From Squalus acanthias (lineage: Eukaryota), in assembly GCA_030390025.1 (NCBI GenBank), contig CM059438.1:55802001-55866000 (forward strand): a stretch of 64,000 nucleotides of DNA, written 5' to 3'. Below, piece by piece: positions 1 to 10,008 of the stretch. Position 1 is the stretch's first letter; every line of letters begins with the position of its first letter. A model generated the notes under the pieces. The model was not told the DNA's origin, did not search any database, and saw only the letters and a program-made list of their open reading frames with translations. A program made the position numbers and the translations under genes.

Positions 1-503
1 TCTCTCCCTCTTGCTCCATCTCTCTCTACCTCTTGCTCCATCTCTCTTTCTACCTCTTGCTCCATCTCTCTGTGTATATTTATCTTTTTTTCTCCATCTC
101 TCTCTGTACCTCTCCCTCTATCCCTCTCTGTTTTTGTATCTTTATCCATCTCTCTCTCTCTCTCTTTTTATCTTTCGACACTCTCTCTATCTGCTGTGAG
201 GATTTATACCTGGGGCTGGGATTCTCCTGGGTGTTAAGGTGCAGAATGCCAGTTAGACTCTGTGGCCGCGATTTTGCCAGCGCTCAGAGGGCGGGTTTGG
301 AGGCGGGTCAGAGGTTAAATTTGTTTTGATTGACTTCGGGTTCCGAACCCGCCTCCACACAACTTTGCAAAGTGTCGGGTCTGGGAGTCCCGATCAGAGC
401 CACCACCAAGCGACGGGAGAGGCACTTAAGGCAGTTAACAGCTTGATAACTGCCTACATAATCCCATTTTAACAGGCTCTTCCCATTTTACAACATTTTC
501 AGC

Positions 504-1403
504 ATGTTCCACACCGTTTGCAAAACACGCCAAAGTCACCACCGCCCTCAATTTTTTTTGCTTCAGGGTCCTTCCAGGGATCATCAGCAAACATCAGCGG
601 CATCTCCCAGTCAGCCGCACACACTTGCATCATGCAGGTTACCGATGCCCTCTTTGCAAAGGCGCACAATTACATCCACTTCTCCATGGATGAAGCAAGT
701 GTGACGGCGCGTGCGGTTGGCTTTGCAAATATGGCAGGCTTCCCAAGGGTGCAGGGCATCGTAGACTGCACACGTGGCCATTAGGGCACCCCATCACAGC
801 CCAGCTGTATTTGTGAACCGCAAGGGCTTCCACTCCTTTAACGTCCAGCTGGTGTGTAACCACAGGAAGGACATCATGCATGTTTGCATCAAGTTCCCTG
901 GCAGTTGCCATGACTCCTTCATCCTGCGACAATCCACTGTGCCTCCGCTCTTCAATCCGCCAAACCAACTTTCTGGATGGCTACTTGGAGACAAGGGCTA
1001 TCCCCTGAAGACGTGGCTAATGACGATGTTGAGGAGCCCATCGAACGAAGCAGAGGAGCGCTACAACTCCAGCCACATTTCCACCAGAGCCATCATCGAG
1101 TAAACCATCGGCTTGCTCAAAATGTGATTCAGATGCCTCGACAGATCAGGTGGAGCCCTACAGTACTCGGCAGCCAGGGTCTCCAGAATCATCGTGGTCT
1201 GCTGTGCACTGCACAACATCGCACAGCAGCGTGGCTTACTGCTGCCTGAGGAACAAGTGGCTCAGCGCACAGCCTCCTCCTCCTCAGAGGAGGAGGATGA
1301 TCAGGAAGACCTTGCGGAGGCGGATGTGCCAGTTCCACCAGCACGCGAGCACATTGCTGGCCGTGATGCAAGGGATGCACTAATCCATGCCAGATTCGCT
1401 TAA
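504..1403 (+). pseudogene. Harbinger (HARBI1-like) DDE transposase pseudogene, N-terminally truncated
   Basis: Motifs [64 protein letters not shown] spread over several ORFs; frameshift near 775 and in-frame stops near 1101. Confidence 0.9.
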
Positions 1404-2584
1404 GTTTACGAAGCAAACACATGTGGCTGCCACCTTCTTAACACACCATACACAATGTACAATAAACTGTGGGTTCCTATCACTCTCACCACCATCATTA
1501 CAGATGAAAGGCGCCCTGATCCCTCACTGTGACACTTCCATTTCTGGGCACACATAGGCCAACTCTTTGAATGCTTGCCATCATATTTCTTTATTACAAT
1601 TGAAATGATGATAATCTTAAATTTGTATTACATCAAAACACCCAAGTGACTACTCTTGTGACTGTTTTGTGTGTTAACTTTCTCTTACGCGTGCTTCTAC
1701 ATGGTGCTTCCCCTGTGGCTTCAGCAGATGTGGAGGCACCTTGCTCACTTTCATGCTGCTCCTGGTTCGACACCTTTGACGGGCATCCTCTGGGTTTGGG
1801 AGCCTGGGAGGGCTCGGCAACAGTCTGCTCCTCCTGGGGCTGTGCAGGGGCTGAGACGGCCATCTCAGTTGGGTGAGGAATCTGGGGCTCTGACCGAGGG
1901 CTCCGCAGTGGCATGGGAGTGTGAGCGCTTGGAGAGGAGCCCACACTTCCGTGTTGTCTGCCACCAACATCCCTCTCATTGGTCGCCCGCACTTCGCTGC
2001 TAGAAAGTGTAGAATTCGCAATATATCGTGATTTTATTAATAAGGAGAAAACACAGAGTTTCGTTCAAACAGCTTTTATTTCAGCAGAATGCTGTCAGGT
2101 TTCTCAAAGTGGACACAAGCAGCCTGTAAAATGGCCGCCGCACCTCGTGACGGAACATTCTAGACTTTTCGACAGGCAGACAAGATGGCGTTCCAATAAA
2201 CATTTGTGCAAGATCGATTAAGATTCAGCACATTGAAGATAATACACGAGACATTATGGGTTTGCAGTATACACATAAATACTGAAATCGGTCTCCCAGG
2301 TACAAATGAAAGCTATTGTACCAAGTAATCAAGGGCCCATCCAAAGACATTAATATGTAAAAACCCAACGACTCTACGATGAGAGAGCCGTTAGCGGGTA
2401 GTTATACAAAACACTTGGAAGCCCCAAAACCCCTCCAGGGAGAACACCGACCGATTTAACAATGGGAGAAATATTAACAGGTACTCAGGCATTTACGAGT
2501 AGCCCCAAAACCCATTAAGAACGGAGATCACCCATACAAGACATTTGAGCGCCAAACCCAAACAAAAGAAAGGACATTAAGGTT

Positions 2585-2617
2585 GGGCGGGAAACGGAAG
2601 ATTTTGTACTATAATTA
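2585..2617 (+). promoter_or_regulatory. Putative LTR core promoter: GC box, ETS-like site, TATA-like box
   Basis: GGGCGGG (2585-2591), CGGAAG (2595-2600), TATAATTA (2610-2617), followed ~25-30 nt later by a pyrimidine-rich initiator-like stretch; YY1-like AAAATGGCCGCC (2128) and CAAGATGGCG (2181) upstream. Confidence 0.5.
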
Positions 2618-3402
2618 CAAGCTCCAACCGTCCATCTTTCTCTTATCCGATCGACTCGTATCCTCGTGGCTGCTCCTGTGTTTTGACTCGTAGTCTTGTT
2701 CCTGCTTGCCTGGTGCCTCTTTGGAAAAGACTGTTGAACTTTATGATCCGTTCGGATCTACCTCGTGTCGCGTAACGAAGACCTATGTTGGTAACTGGCA
2801 TCGGAACCAAAGGCCCGAGATGAGATGAGATGAGATGAGATGAGATGAGATGAGAAGAGAGGAAGACCATACTCATCGCCACGGTCAGTAAGCCCCGACC
2901 GCGCCTGTAGGTCGAATAGCCAAGTTTCCTTGCCAGGGAGACTTCTTTGAACTTGCAAGAACAGACCTCGGAAGATCCTCCAAGATGATATTGACTGGTC
3001 TGTGAAACCCATCCGGACAGTGCCTGTTAAACCAACCAACACAGATCTTCATCACAGCAGACGTTCCAGCCTGCTAGCCGGAGCAGAAGCAAGTAAACAA
3101 GTGGGACCAGGAGACCTCCTGATCGACACGTGGGTGCTGTGGTGAAAACATCCGATCAGCTATTCGGAATTTCTCCGAGTTATCACGAGTGGTGAGCATG
3201 AGTCTCGAATCCTACGAATCTAGCTAGGACAGATATTGATAGGGGAGGGTTTAAGTATTAAGGATACTTGTAATGTGTGCCCCTATTTACGGTGTGTCGT
3301 TCGTTCCTCGTTTCCCTAGAATTAGCTATATAACTGCGTGTAAGATTGTACTGTCATTAATCTGTGCTTATGACATGTATTTCGTAATCTTAAATATCAT
3401 GC

Positions 3403-3408
3403 AATAAA
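3403..3408 (+). terminator. Putative LTR polyadenylation signal AATAAA (also present in the 3' LTR at ~14835)
   Basis: AATAAA ~250 nt before the LTR end, preceded by a T-rich/TGTA-containing region. Confidence 0.55.
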
Positions 3409-3660
3409 GATTTTTCCATTTCGTACCATTCAACCGAGTCTACATGAGTTTCATCTCCATTACTGCTCTCGCATCTAAGTCCAGTGTCTAGAACCGTAAG
3501 GGCGAGTGATTCGAACCACTCACAGGTGTGTCTAGTGTTCCCAGACTGGCTGGAGACCAGAACAGGCAACAAGGCCTAAACCCGCACTGACATACAGGCT
3601 GCACAGAGCCGCGCGAATCTCACAGGCTGAGAGACACGCACGTCAAATCCCTTACAGAAA

Positions 3661-5469
3661 ATGGCGACCGCGGCAGGACACTGGCAGCGAGAGGGTAGTG
3701 TGTTAGACTTTGGAATGACTGTACGAAATGTTATGCAGGAAAAGATAGCAGATTATGTGTTCGGAAAGGTTAATCTAACTAAGAAATGGATAAGTGAATT
3801 GTTAGCGGATAAAAGCCCACTAGAGGCAGCCGAAAGGTGGACAGATAGTAAAGAACATAAAAAGACACTCGAGAAAGCAGTCTGGCTAATGTGTTACAAA
3901 AGGCAGGTCCAGATTTCAAATCAGACCATTACAGCGCTAACAGCTCGAATCAGTCATTTAGAGGGAGAAATGGATGAGAAGGTTTCTGGAGGGGAATTGC
4001 TCATTAGGAATTTAAGTGCGCTGCACCAAGAACGCCAGGAAATCTCCAGTCACCATAAAACAAGGATAGATTACCTCGAGTGCCAGGTCACTGAGGCAAA
4101 GTTAAATGAGAGCAGGTTAAAGGAACGATGTGCCCGCCAAGCTGCCCAGATAAGAACTCAGGAAGAGAGCTTAACGGGGGTTAGGGCGGCATATAAGTTG
4201 GCCCTTGAGGATAAGTTTCAGGGAGCCGATCATAGCGCCTGCAAAAGGGAGATAGAGCACCTCAAAAGGGCCGTGAACAAAGCGCACGGCATGGCGTGCC
4301 TTATCAGTCCGTCAGCACACCAGCCGCTAGTAAGTGAAGAGTTTAAGAAATCCCCACCAAGTAAAGCAGAGGAAGTATTAGCCACTGCGCCCTCCGCGCC
4401 ACCCAGCTATTCGGAAACCTGGGTAAGGGAGGAAGCAATGGAAGAAACGAAAGAGCCCATTGAGAATGAAGTGGAAAAGGGACCGTTGTATCCAGTAACG
4501 GGTATAAAAAGGGGCCCAAACAGAAACGGTGGGGAGGAACCAGGGGATCTCCTCGGCCAGCTTGTGTTGCCTCACAGCTCACACCAGCTGAGAGTTATGA
4601 TAAATCACGTACGGAAGCTGACCGAGTCAGACGACCCTTCCGTACATTTCAGGGAAGTTGAGCAAACCGCAGCCATTAACGGCTGCGATGATGGGGAAAC
4701 AGCAAAAATGCTGTTGTTTTCGTTAGGCAGTACAATCCTTCAGTGTCTCTCGGGCGAGAGCAAGAGGGGAACCAAGACTTATGAGGCATTAAAGAATGAG
4801 GTCCTGGAAGTGTTGGGGGCGGACGATGAAGGTCCGTTTGCTAGAGTGGGACAGACAGTGCAGATGGAGGGAGAACCCCCGAAGGTTTTTGCCGACAGGC
4901 TGTGGCCAGTATATCAGCGCAGCTGTCTAGGTGCGCCAGAGCGCGAAGATGTGGAAGGCGCCGGTTTAGCTCATTGGCTTAGGTGCATAATAGCCAACAG
5001 TTTACCAGCCGTCAGAGAGCAGGCAAAAGCATGGTTTGATCCCAATGACCCCAACATTACGGAAGAGTCGGTCTTGAATCGACTCACGTTAGGATATCGC
5101 AATATAAGGGGTATGGCAACACGTCCCCTTAAGGGAAAAGTACATGAGGTACGACCCGCAGCCCCGTATCAAAGAGAGTGGCATCAGGAGGGTAATCGCG
5201 CCCCACAGGCAAGTAATGCTTGTTACGGGTGTGGGAAGACAGGGCACTGGCGCAAGCATTGCAGGAACCCTTGGAAGGATTCCAAGGATAAAAATCCCGC
5301 AGCCCGAGCCCAGGCGCCTGTCCCGGCTAGGGAAGCTGGTGCACCCACCCCTCCCGACGACCTCGAAGTAGTGTTAGGAGCCATGCGCAGTTTATTGAGT
5401 GCACATGGAAAGGTGGCGGTTGCAACCGGCCCCGTAGGTGCCGCAGGACCGTCTAATAGTACCCCATGA
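3661..5469 (+). CDS. gag: Gag polyprotein (602 aa)
   Basis: Open ORF: N-terminal coiled coil, PSAPPSY late motifs, capsid-like region with MHR-like QMEGEPPKVFADRL, single CCHC knuckle CYGCGKTGHWRKHC. Confidence 0.92.
   Translation: MATAAGHWQREGSVLDFGMTVRNVMQEKIADYVFGKVNLTKKWISELLADKSPLEAAERWTDSKEHKKTLEKAVWLMCYKRQVQISNQTITALTARISHLEGEMDEKVSGGELLIRNLSALHQERQEISSHHKTRIDYLECQVTEAKLNESRLKERCARQAAQIRTQEESLTGVRAAYKLALEDKFQGADHSACKREIEHLKRAVNKAHGMACLISPSAHQPLVSEEFKKSPPSKAEEVLATAPSAPPSYSETWVREEAMEETKEPIENEVEKGPLYPVTGIKRGPNRNGGEEPGDLLGQLVLPHSSHQLRVMINHVRKLTESDDPSVHFREVEQTAAINGCDDGETAKMLLFSLGSTILQCLSGESKRGTKTYEALKNEVLEVLGADDEGPFARVGQTVQMEGEPPKVFADRLWPVYQRSCLGAPEREDVEGAGLAHWLRCIIANSLPAVREQAKAWFDPNDPNITEESVLNRLTLGYRNIRGMATRPLKGKVHEVRPAAPYQREWHQEGNRAPQASNACYGCGKTGHWRKHCRNPWKDSKDKNPAARAQAPVPAREAGAPTPPDDLEVVLGAMRSLLSAHGKVAVATGPVGAAGPSNSTP
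3662..3678 (+). promoter_or_regulatory. Primer-binding site, tRNA-Ser-like
   Basis: TGGCGACCGCGGCAGGA 5 nt after the LTR; reverse complement TCCTGCCGCGGTCGCCA ends in G-CCA and has the TCCTGCC T-arm typical of vertebrate tRNA-Ser; isoacceptor not confirmed. Confidence 0.6.
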
Positions 5470-8400
5470 CTAGAGCCCGCGCAGCCCGTCTACCTGTGTC
5501 CGCTTAGCTATGATGCGTGGAAGCGACCTTTGGTGGAAATGGAGGTAGAGAAACAGAGGGGTAGTTATTTGTTGGACACGGGAGCTTCTTGCACCATAAT
5601 CCATACAGATAGCCCTTTTGACTCGCCGCTATCTACCAGGGTCCCATTCACGTTAGCGGGGTTCACAGGAAAAGAACAGGCTGGCGCGTTCTCCCTTCCG
5701 CTATCCATTCGTTTGGGAGCACTTCACCTTAAGTGGAAGTGTATACTGATGGAATGGCAGGAGGGGGGTGGAAGAGGTATTCTCGGGTCCGATCTTCTAT
5801 CGGGACACGGGATCCTCGTGGACCTCAGAAATCACTGTCTCTGGGGGGCAAAGAGTGAAAAAGGCGAGGTAGTAGTGATTCCGGGGGAGGAAGAAACAGG
5901 GGTCCTGTGTACCGTGCAGCCATCCGGAGGCTATGACCTCGGGCTTATGGTCGCAGGTGTCCCAACGGACATGCAAATGTACGTGTCAGATAATATGCAC
6001 GCGTTTGCAACCCACAAGCACGATTGTGGGAGGGTTACCGGGTTTGAGGTCAGCGTAGATGGGGACCCCATGACCCGGCCCCAAAAACAGTATAACTTCC
6101 CCAAAGAAGCAGAACCCGATATGGAGACAGCAATGTCCTCCTTGGTGCAGCAGGGCGTGTTGAGGCCGATAGCCACACACGTGAACTCCCCATTATGGCC
6201 GGTTAGGAAGCCGGATAATTCGTGGAGAGCCACGGTGGACTACAGAGTCCTTAACAGTAACATTCCCGCCTGCGCGCCCACGGTAGCAGCAGTTGCTGAC
6301 CTAATAGGGAGCATCCCAGCGTCCGCGACCACGTTCACGGTGCTGGATATCTCGAACGGTTTTTGGTCCATCCCGCTGCGGCGAGAGGACCAGTACAAGT
6401 TTGCCTTTACTTTCAAAGGGCAACAGTACACATGGAACTGTCTGCCACAGGGTTTCCACAATAGCCCCAGTATTTTCCATCAGTGTATGGCAGGAAGTTT
6501 AAGGGAGTTTAGTCAGCCCAATCAGATAGTGCAGTACGTGGATGATTTGCTCCTATTTACGGACTCAAGGGAGGAGCATGGACCACTGCTGGACGAGTTA
6601 TTGGAGCTGCTAGCGAGAAAGGGTTTTAAAATAAATCCTAAGAAAGCACGTATCGGTCAGCAGGAAGTAAAATTCCTGGGACTGACCATTCGCGCTGGGG
6701 AAAGAGCCATAGACAAAGCTAGGAGGGAGTCGGTGCAAGAGTTACCGATTCCCAACAACATAAGGGGTGTGAGGTCCTTCTTGGGACTGACCGGTTACTG
6801 CAGGGATTTTATCGAAGACTATGCGGCCACAGCGGCGCCGCTCCTCCGACTCCTCCATAAGGGGGTGGAGTGGTCTTGGGACGAGGGCTGCCAAGCAGCC
6901 TTCGAGAAGTTAAAAAGGGATCTGCAGACCGCGCCAGCCTTAGGGGCCATAGATGGGGGGAAGGAGTTTTTCCTGGAGGTAGCTGCCAGCGGAGACAGCT
7001 TGAGCGCTGTGCTGCTCCAAGAGCGTCACGGCAAGCTGAGGCCGGTTGTCTATTCATCCAGGGTGTTAACGGATGTGGAGAGAAGTTTCTCCAATTGCGA
7101 AAGGCACCTTTTAGCCACGCATTGGGCTGTGAAAAGATCAGCGATCTTCACAGGGCTCTCTCCCATTACTCTCCTCACACATCACACACCAACTAAGATG
7201 CTTCTAGATGGGAGGATTAAAGATGGGACCGTAAGCGGCGTGCGTATTGCACGCTGGACCCTTCTTCTTTCCCAGATGGATCTTAGAGTCAAAGGTCTTT
7301 GCGAGCCCAGGCTTGCGGCCAATTTGGTATACCCCGGTACAGCCCACCGGTGTTCGGTGGAAGGGGTGTGGGACGTCAACATAGGTTTACGGGCCGGGAT
7401 ACATCCCACTGGGCGCGAGATTTATGTTGATGGGTCTAGCACAGTATCTGCTGGCGAACGACTCACAGGGTGTGGAGTTTATGACCCTGCGGCAGACCTT
7501 GCCCTGGCGATCAAGCTCCCTAGCACCATGAGCGCGCAGCAGGCTGAGCTGTCTGCCGTGGTGTACGTTGTTACCCACCCAGACATTTTCCCAACCCCAT
7601 ACACGATTTGCTCGGACAGTATGTTCACCTGCAATTCGTGTACGGAATACCTGGCCATTTGGTCCCGCCGTGGATACACCTCCGCGGACGGGCGACCTTT
7701 AACGGTGAAGCCCTTGCTGGAAAAGATCTTAGCAGCAGCAGTAGGGGAGGAAGGAGAGATTTTCATCCATAAGGTGAAAGCTCACTCCTCCACAGAGCCC
7801 CGTGGGGAGGGCAACCAGCAGGCGGATGCGCTAGCCAGGGAAGGTGCCCGCAACGGCATTTTCTGGGACCCCTATGGGACCAGACCCATAGCAGCGATCC
7901 AAGGCAGGGACGGGAATCCCGGGAACACCAGGGTAGCATTGCCCCTAGACCTTAAGACCGTCCAAGCCCAGGATCCCGCCCTAAAAGCAGTCCTAAAAAC
8001 CATTGCTGAGGGGAGGCAGGTAGAAGGTCCGTACAGTACGGCAACCCTCTCAGTTAAGGAAGGCATGCTGTTCCGCGAGGAGCAGTGGGTTGTGCCGCAG
8101 CAGCACAGGAGGGAATTCCTCCAGTTGGCTCACGAGGGACCAGGGGCAGGGCACCCCGGGCCCGAGGTTACCTGGCAATGGGTAGAGCAAGCGGGATGGT
8201 GGCCAGGGCTCAGGGAACAAGTCCGCGAGTTCTGTGCAAACTGTCTTGTGTGCGCTGCAAACAACCCAGACCCCCAGAAAAGGAAGGTGCCCATGGGACA
8301 CGTAAGAAGGGTAGAGGGACCATGGCAGTCGATACAGATCGACTATATAGGACCCCTGCCCACCACCCAGGGAGGCTATAAATACTGCCTCGTCTTGGTG

Positions 8401-10008
8401 GATGTGTTTTCCAAGTGGGTGGAAGCCTTCCCCTGTCGAACAGCTACGGCACTGGGTACTGCAAAAATCTTGGTCAGGGAAGTGTTCTCGCGGTGGGGAC
8501 TCCCCCGTTTTGTGGAGTCAGACCAAGGGAGTCATTTCACCGGCCAGGTGATGCAGAACACCCTCATGCTTTTGGGCATTGAAGGGAAGTGGCACGTAGC
8601 ACACAATCCCCAGTCATCCGGGATTGTTGAACGCATGAATCGGACCCTGAAGGAGAAATTGAGGAAAGAGACTAGGAACTCGCCCCAAAAATGGGCGGAA
8701 GTTCTGCCTTTAGTCCTCATGGGGGTCCGGGCCAGTCAGTCAAAAAGTACGGGGTATTCCCCGCACGAGGTGATGACTGGGAGGCTCATGCGAACCCCCA
8801 CCCATGTGCTAGCGCCGGTGCTCACTGAGGGTCAGCTCCAGGAGATAAGCAGGGACAAGTTCGCCCAGACCCTCTTGGAGCGCCTGAAACAGGTTTATGA
8901 GCAGGCGGCTGGGAACATGGGAAGGCAGCATCAGGGCAATCGCCTGTTGCTGGAACCCCGCAAAACGCGGGAGTGGGAAGTAGGAGACCAGGTCATGGTC
9001 AGAAACTACGCCAGAGTAGGGAGTCTGGAACCACTGTATATGGGACCCTACAACATTGTAGATAAGGCGAGTCCCATGGTATACGCCGTAAAAGTACCTC
9101 GGCGCACTAAGTGGTTCCACGTAAACCAGTGCAAACTGTACAAGCCAGGTGCGCAAGGGAAAACCACAGGGGTAAACCCCGCGAGAGGGGAAGCACAGCC
9201 CCAGGTAGGACCACAAGGCACACAGGCAGGTAAAGCAGCTTGCATCAGGGGAGGAGACATCCTGGAAGATCATGAAGCATTTTTGTGGGGATGGGAGTCA
9301 GATGAGGATGGTGATGAAGGCGAGTGGTTTTTGGGAAACGTAAGGAACGTTCCCATTTTAGGTATAGGGAGGACACGGGCTGCAGATAGAGATCCACACA
9401 GGGTGGACACACAAGCTGCAGGTCCCGAAGACAGGAGGGAGGAGCTCGGGGAGGCGGAGCCAGCCGCAGTGGGAACACAGGGAGTGACGGTGATGACCCC
9501 CGAGCCTGAGCCGCCCGCTTTGAACGTCCCGCCCTCGGGGGAGGCAGAGATTGCGAGTGAAGGGCCGCCTGCTGGGCCGAGCAGGGCGGAGCCACAAACT
9601 GCGAGCCCCGAGGTTAGGGAGGCGGAGTCAGCGGAGGCGGAGCCAGCGACTGTGGTGGAACCACAGGTCGTCCCGATGGAAGTCTCGGAACCCGGTCCGT
9701 CGGTCATGGGATCCCCGCCCCTGACCACTCCCCGTAGGTCAAGTAGAGAACCCCAGCCCAAGAAGATATGGGTATGGCCCCAGTCTGTCCCAAGGCGCAG
9801 ACTCAAGGTTAAGGCAGCCCAGATACAGCCCGGCCCCATCGCAGCAGCAACAGGCTGCGGCAGATCAGAGGAAGGGGTCAGTGCAGAAACAGACTGCGGC
9901 AGATCAGAGGCAGGGGTCAGTACAGAAACAGGCTGCGGCAGATCAGAGGAAAAGGTCAGAGCCCTCCCAAAGTCGGTAAGAGCTCGCAGCAGCTTTCTCA
10001 GAATTTAA
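5470..10008 (+). CDS. pol: Pol polyprotein PR-RT-tether-RNase H-IN plus ~285-aa C-terminal extension, in frame with gag
   Basis: Protease LLDTGAS...ILGSD; RT LDISNGFW, LPQGFHNSP, YVDD; degenerate RNase H (VAAS/ERHLLA/THH); active RNase H YVDGS...QQAELSA...SDS...KVKAHS...GNQQAD; IN HHCC, QIDYIG...SDQGSHF...VERMNRTLK, GPY; no stop between 5470 and 10008. Confidence 0.95.
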   Translation, partial: LEPAQPVYLCPLSYDAWKRPLVEMEVEKQRGSYLLDTGASCTIIHTDSPFDSPLSTRVPFTLAGFTGKEQAGAFSLPLSIRLGALHLKWKCILMEWQEGGGRGILGSDLLSGHGILVDLRNHCLWGAKSEKGEVVVIPGEEETGVLCTVQPSGGYDLGLMVAGVPTDMQMYVSDNMHAFATHKHDCGRVTGFEVSVDGDPMTRPQKQYNFPKEAEPDMETAMSSLVQQGVLRPIATHVNSPLWPVRKPDNSWRATVDYRVLNSNIPACAPTVAAVADLIGSIPASATTFTVLDISNGFWSIPLRREDQYKFAFTFKGQQYTWNCLPQGFHNSPSIFHQCMAGSLREFSQPNQIVQYVDDLLLFTDSREEHGPLLDELLELLARKGFKINPKKARIGQQEVKFLGLTIRAGERAIDKARRESVQELPIPNNIRGVRSFLGLTGYCRDFIEDYAATAAPLLRLLHKGVEWSWDEGCQAAFEKLKRDLQTAPALGAIDGGKEFFLEVAASGDSLSAVLLQERHGKLRPVVYSSRVLTDVERSFSNCERHLLATHWAVKRSAIFTGLSPITLLTHHTPTKMLLDGRIKDGTVSGVRIARWTLLLSQMDLRVKGLCEPRLAANLVYPGTAHRCSVEGVWDVNIGLRAGIHPTGREIYVDGSSTVSAGERLTGCGVYDPAADLALAIKLPSTMSAQQAELSAVVYVVTHPDIFPTPYTICSDSMFTCNSCTEYLAIWSRRGYTSADGRPLTVKPLLEKILAAAVGEEGEIFIHKVKAHSSTEPRGEGNQQADALAREGARNGIFWDPYGTRPIAAIQGRDGNPGNTRVALPLDLKTVQAQDPALKAVLKTIAEGRQVEGPYSTATLSVKEGMLFREEQWVVPQQHRREFLQLAHEGPGAGHPGPEVTWQWVEQAGWWPGLREQVREFCANCLVCAANNPDPQKRKVPMGHVRRVEGPWQSIQIDYIGPLPTTQGGYKYCLVLVDVFSKWVEAFPCRTATALGTAKILVREVFSRWGLPRFVESDQGSHFTGQVMQNTLMLLGIEGKWHVAHNPQSSGIVERMNRTLKEKLRKETRNSPQKWAEVLPLVLMGVRASQSKSTGYSPHEVMTGRLMRTPTHVLAPVLTEGQLQEISRDKFAQTLLERLKQVYEQAAGNMGRQHQGNRLLLEPRKTREWEVGDQVMVRNYARVGSLEPLYMGPYNIVDKASPMVYAVKVPRRTKWFHVNQCKLYKPGAQGKTTGVNPARGEAQPQVGPQGTQAGKAACIRGGDILEDHEAFLWGWESDEDGDEGEWFLGNVRNVPILGIGRTRAADRDPHRVDTQAAGPEDRREELGEAEPAAVGTQGVTVMTPEPEPPALNVPPSGEAEIASEGPPAGPSRAEPQTASPEVREAESAEAEPATVVEPQVVPMEVSEPGPSVMGSPPLTTPRRSSREPQPKKIWVWPQSVPRRRLKVKAAQIQPGPIAAATGCGRSEEGVSAETDCGRSEAGVSTETGCGRSEEKVRALPKSVRARSSFLRI

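Larger units (their letters stand above)
2008..3656 (+). repeat. 5' LTR (1649 bp)
   Basis: Starts TGTAGAATTCGC, ends CCCTTACA; near-identical to 13455-15088; (GAGAT)7 at 2817-2851. Confidence 0.95.

Noticed and set aside
3115..3165. Hammerhead ribozyme in the LTR (CTGA...GAAA)
   Set aside because: Core reads CTGATCGA, not CTGANGA, and pairs as a simple hairpin; three-stem junction not found
2643..3572. Small antisense ORFs in the LTRs as accessory genes
   Set aside because: Short, mostly non-ATG starts, no motifs, partly microsatellite-derived
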